The notes under the pieces were generated by a model. That model was not told the DNA's origin, made no database searches, and worked only from the letters and a program-made list of their open reading frames with translations. Made by a program: the position numbers and the translations under genes. A stretch of 48,580 bases of DNA, the filler included, from Catajapyx aquilonaris (Eukaryota), in assembly GCA_000934665.2 (NCBI GenBank). It is 2 parts of 2 records of this genome, joined end to end, with 100 filler letters (N's around TTAATTAATTAA, not from the genome) between each part and the next. Parts side by side here need not be neighbours in the genome. Positions count along the whole stretch, not along the records: positions 24,337 to 48,580 come from JYFJ02005544.1; 1 more part is not named here. One strand, written 5' to 3'. Below, one piece after another: positions 48,389 to 48,580 of the stretch (positions are counted from its first letter, which is position 1; each line of letters starts with the position of its first letter).

Positions 48389-48580
48389 CGAGGGTGGTTC
48401 AGTAAATAACCTTACGAGTTGATTTACAAATTTGTACTATGCGCTATGTGAACTATTCCTGCTGTAGGTGGTACGGCCATTCGTGTAGTAGGTATGGAGT
48501 GTTTCAGATCCACCATGTGACACTAGGTAGTCAAGTGACAGCTATTTGAAGATGGCGGCCCCACTGGAGGTGCGCACCAG
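48389..48580 (+). mobile_element. Left end of a mariner element with the transposase start (partial)
   Basis: TA|cgagggtggttcagtaaataac TIR, then ATG at 48552 giving MAAPLEVRT..., a mariner-type N-terminus that runs off the window. Confidence 0.7.

Overview
AT-rich, intron-rich eukaryotic genomic DNA. It is most likely arthropod and probably insect, judging from the tRNA-derived SINEs, DINE-1-like Helentron derivatives, mariner relics and TTAGG repeats. I assembled gene models by hand from GT-AG boundaries and exon phase. (1) A complete 15-exon choline transporter-like (CTL1/SLC44 family) gene on + (5268-19077, 667 aa). (2) The first two coding exons of a tektin-like gene on + (22739-23218). 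(3) The first four coding exons of mitochondrial ferrochelatase on - (29216-27762). (4) A MEP-1-like C2H2 zinc-finger gene on - (42709-~34041) with an in-frame TAG and many substitutions at normally conserved positions. (5) A Kruppel-type C2H2 zinc-finger pseudogene (~44887-45920, -). The tektin and ferrochelatase genes converge on, and are both cut off at, an artificial 100-nt spacer (44 N + TTAATTAATTAA + 44 N), so adjacency across it is unproven. The rest is dense with SINEs, MITEs, foldback elements and transposase relics. I found no CRISPR array, rRNA or genuine tRNA, and no convincing novel biological system. The best leads are the odd MEP-1 copy with a duplicated 3' segment, a (TG)n-inserted element carrying TTAGG repeats, a 113-bp hAT-type mini-element made of tandem TIR palindromes, and SINE families that share a 3' tail. 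Family assignments rest on remembered motifs, not database searches.
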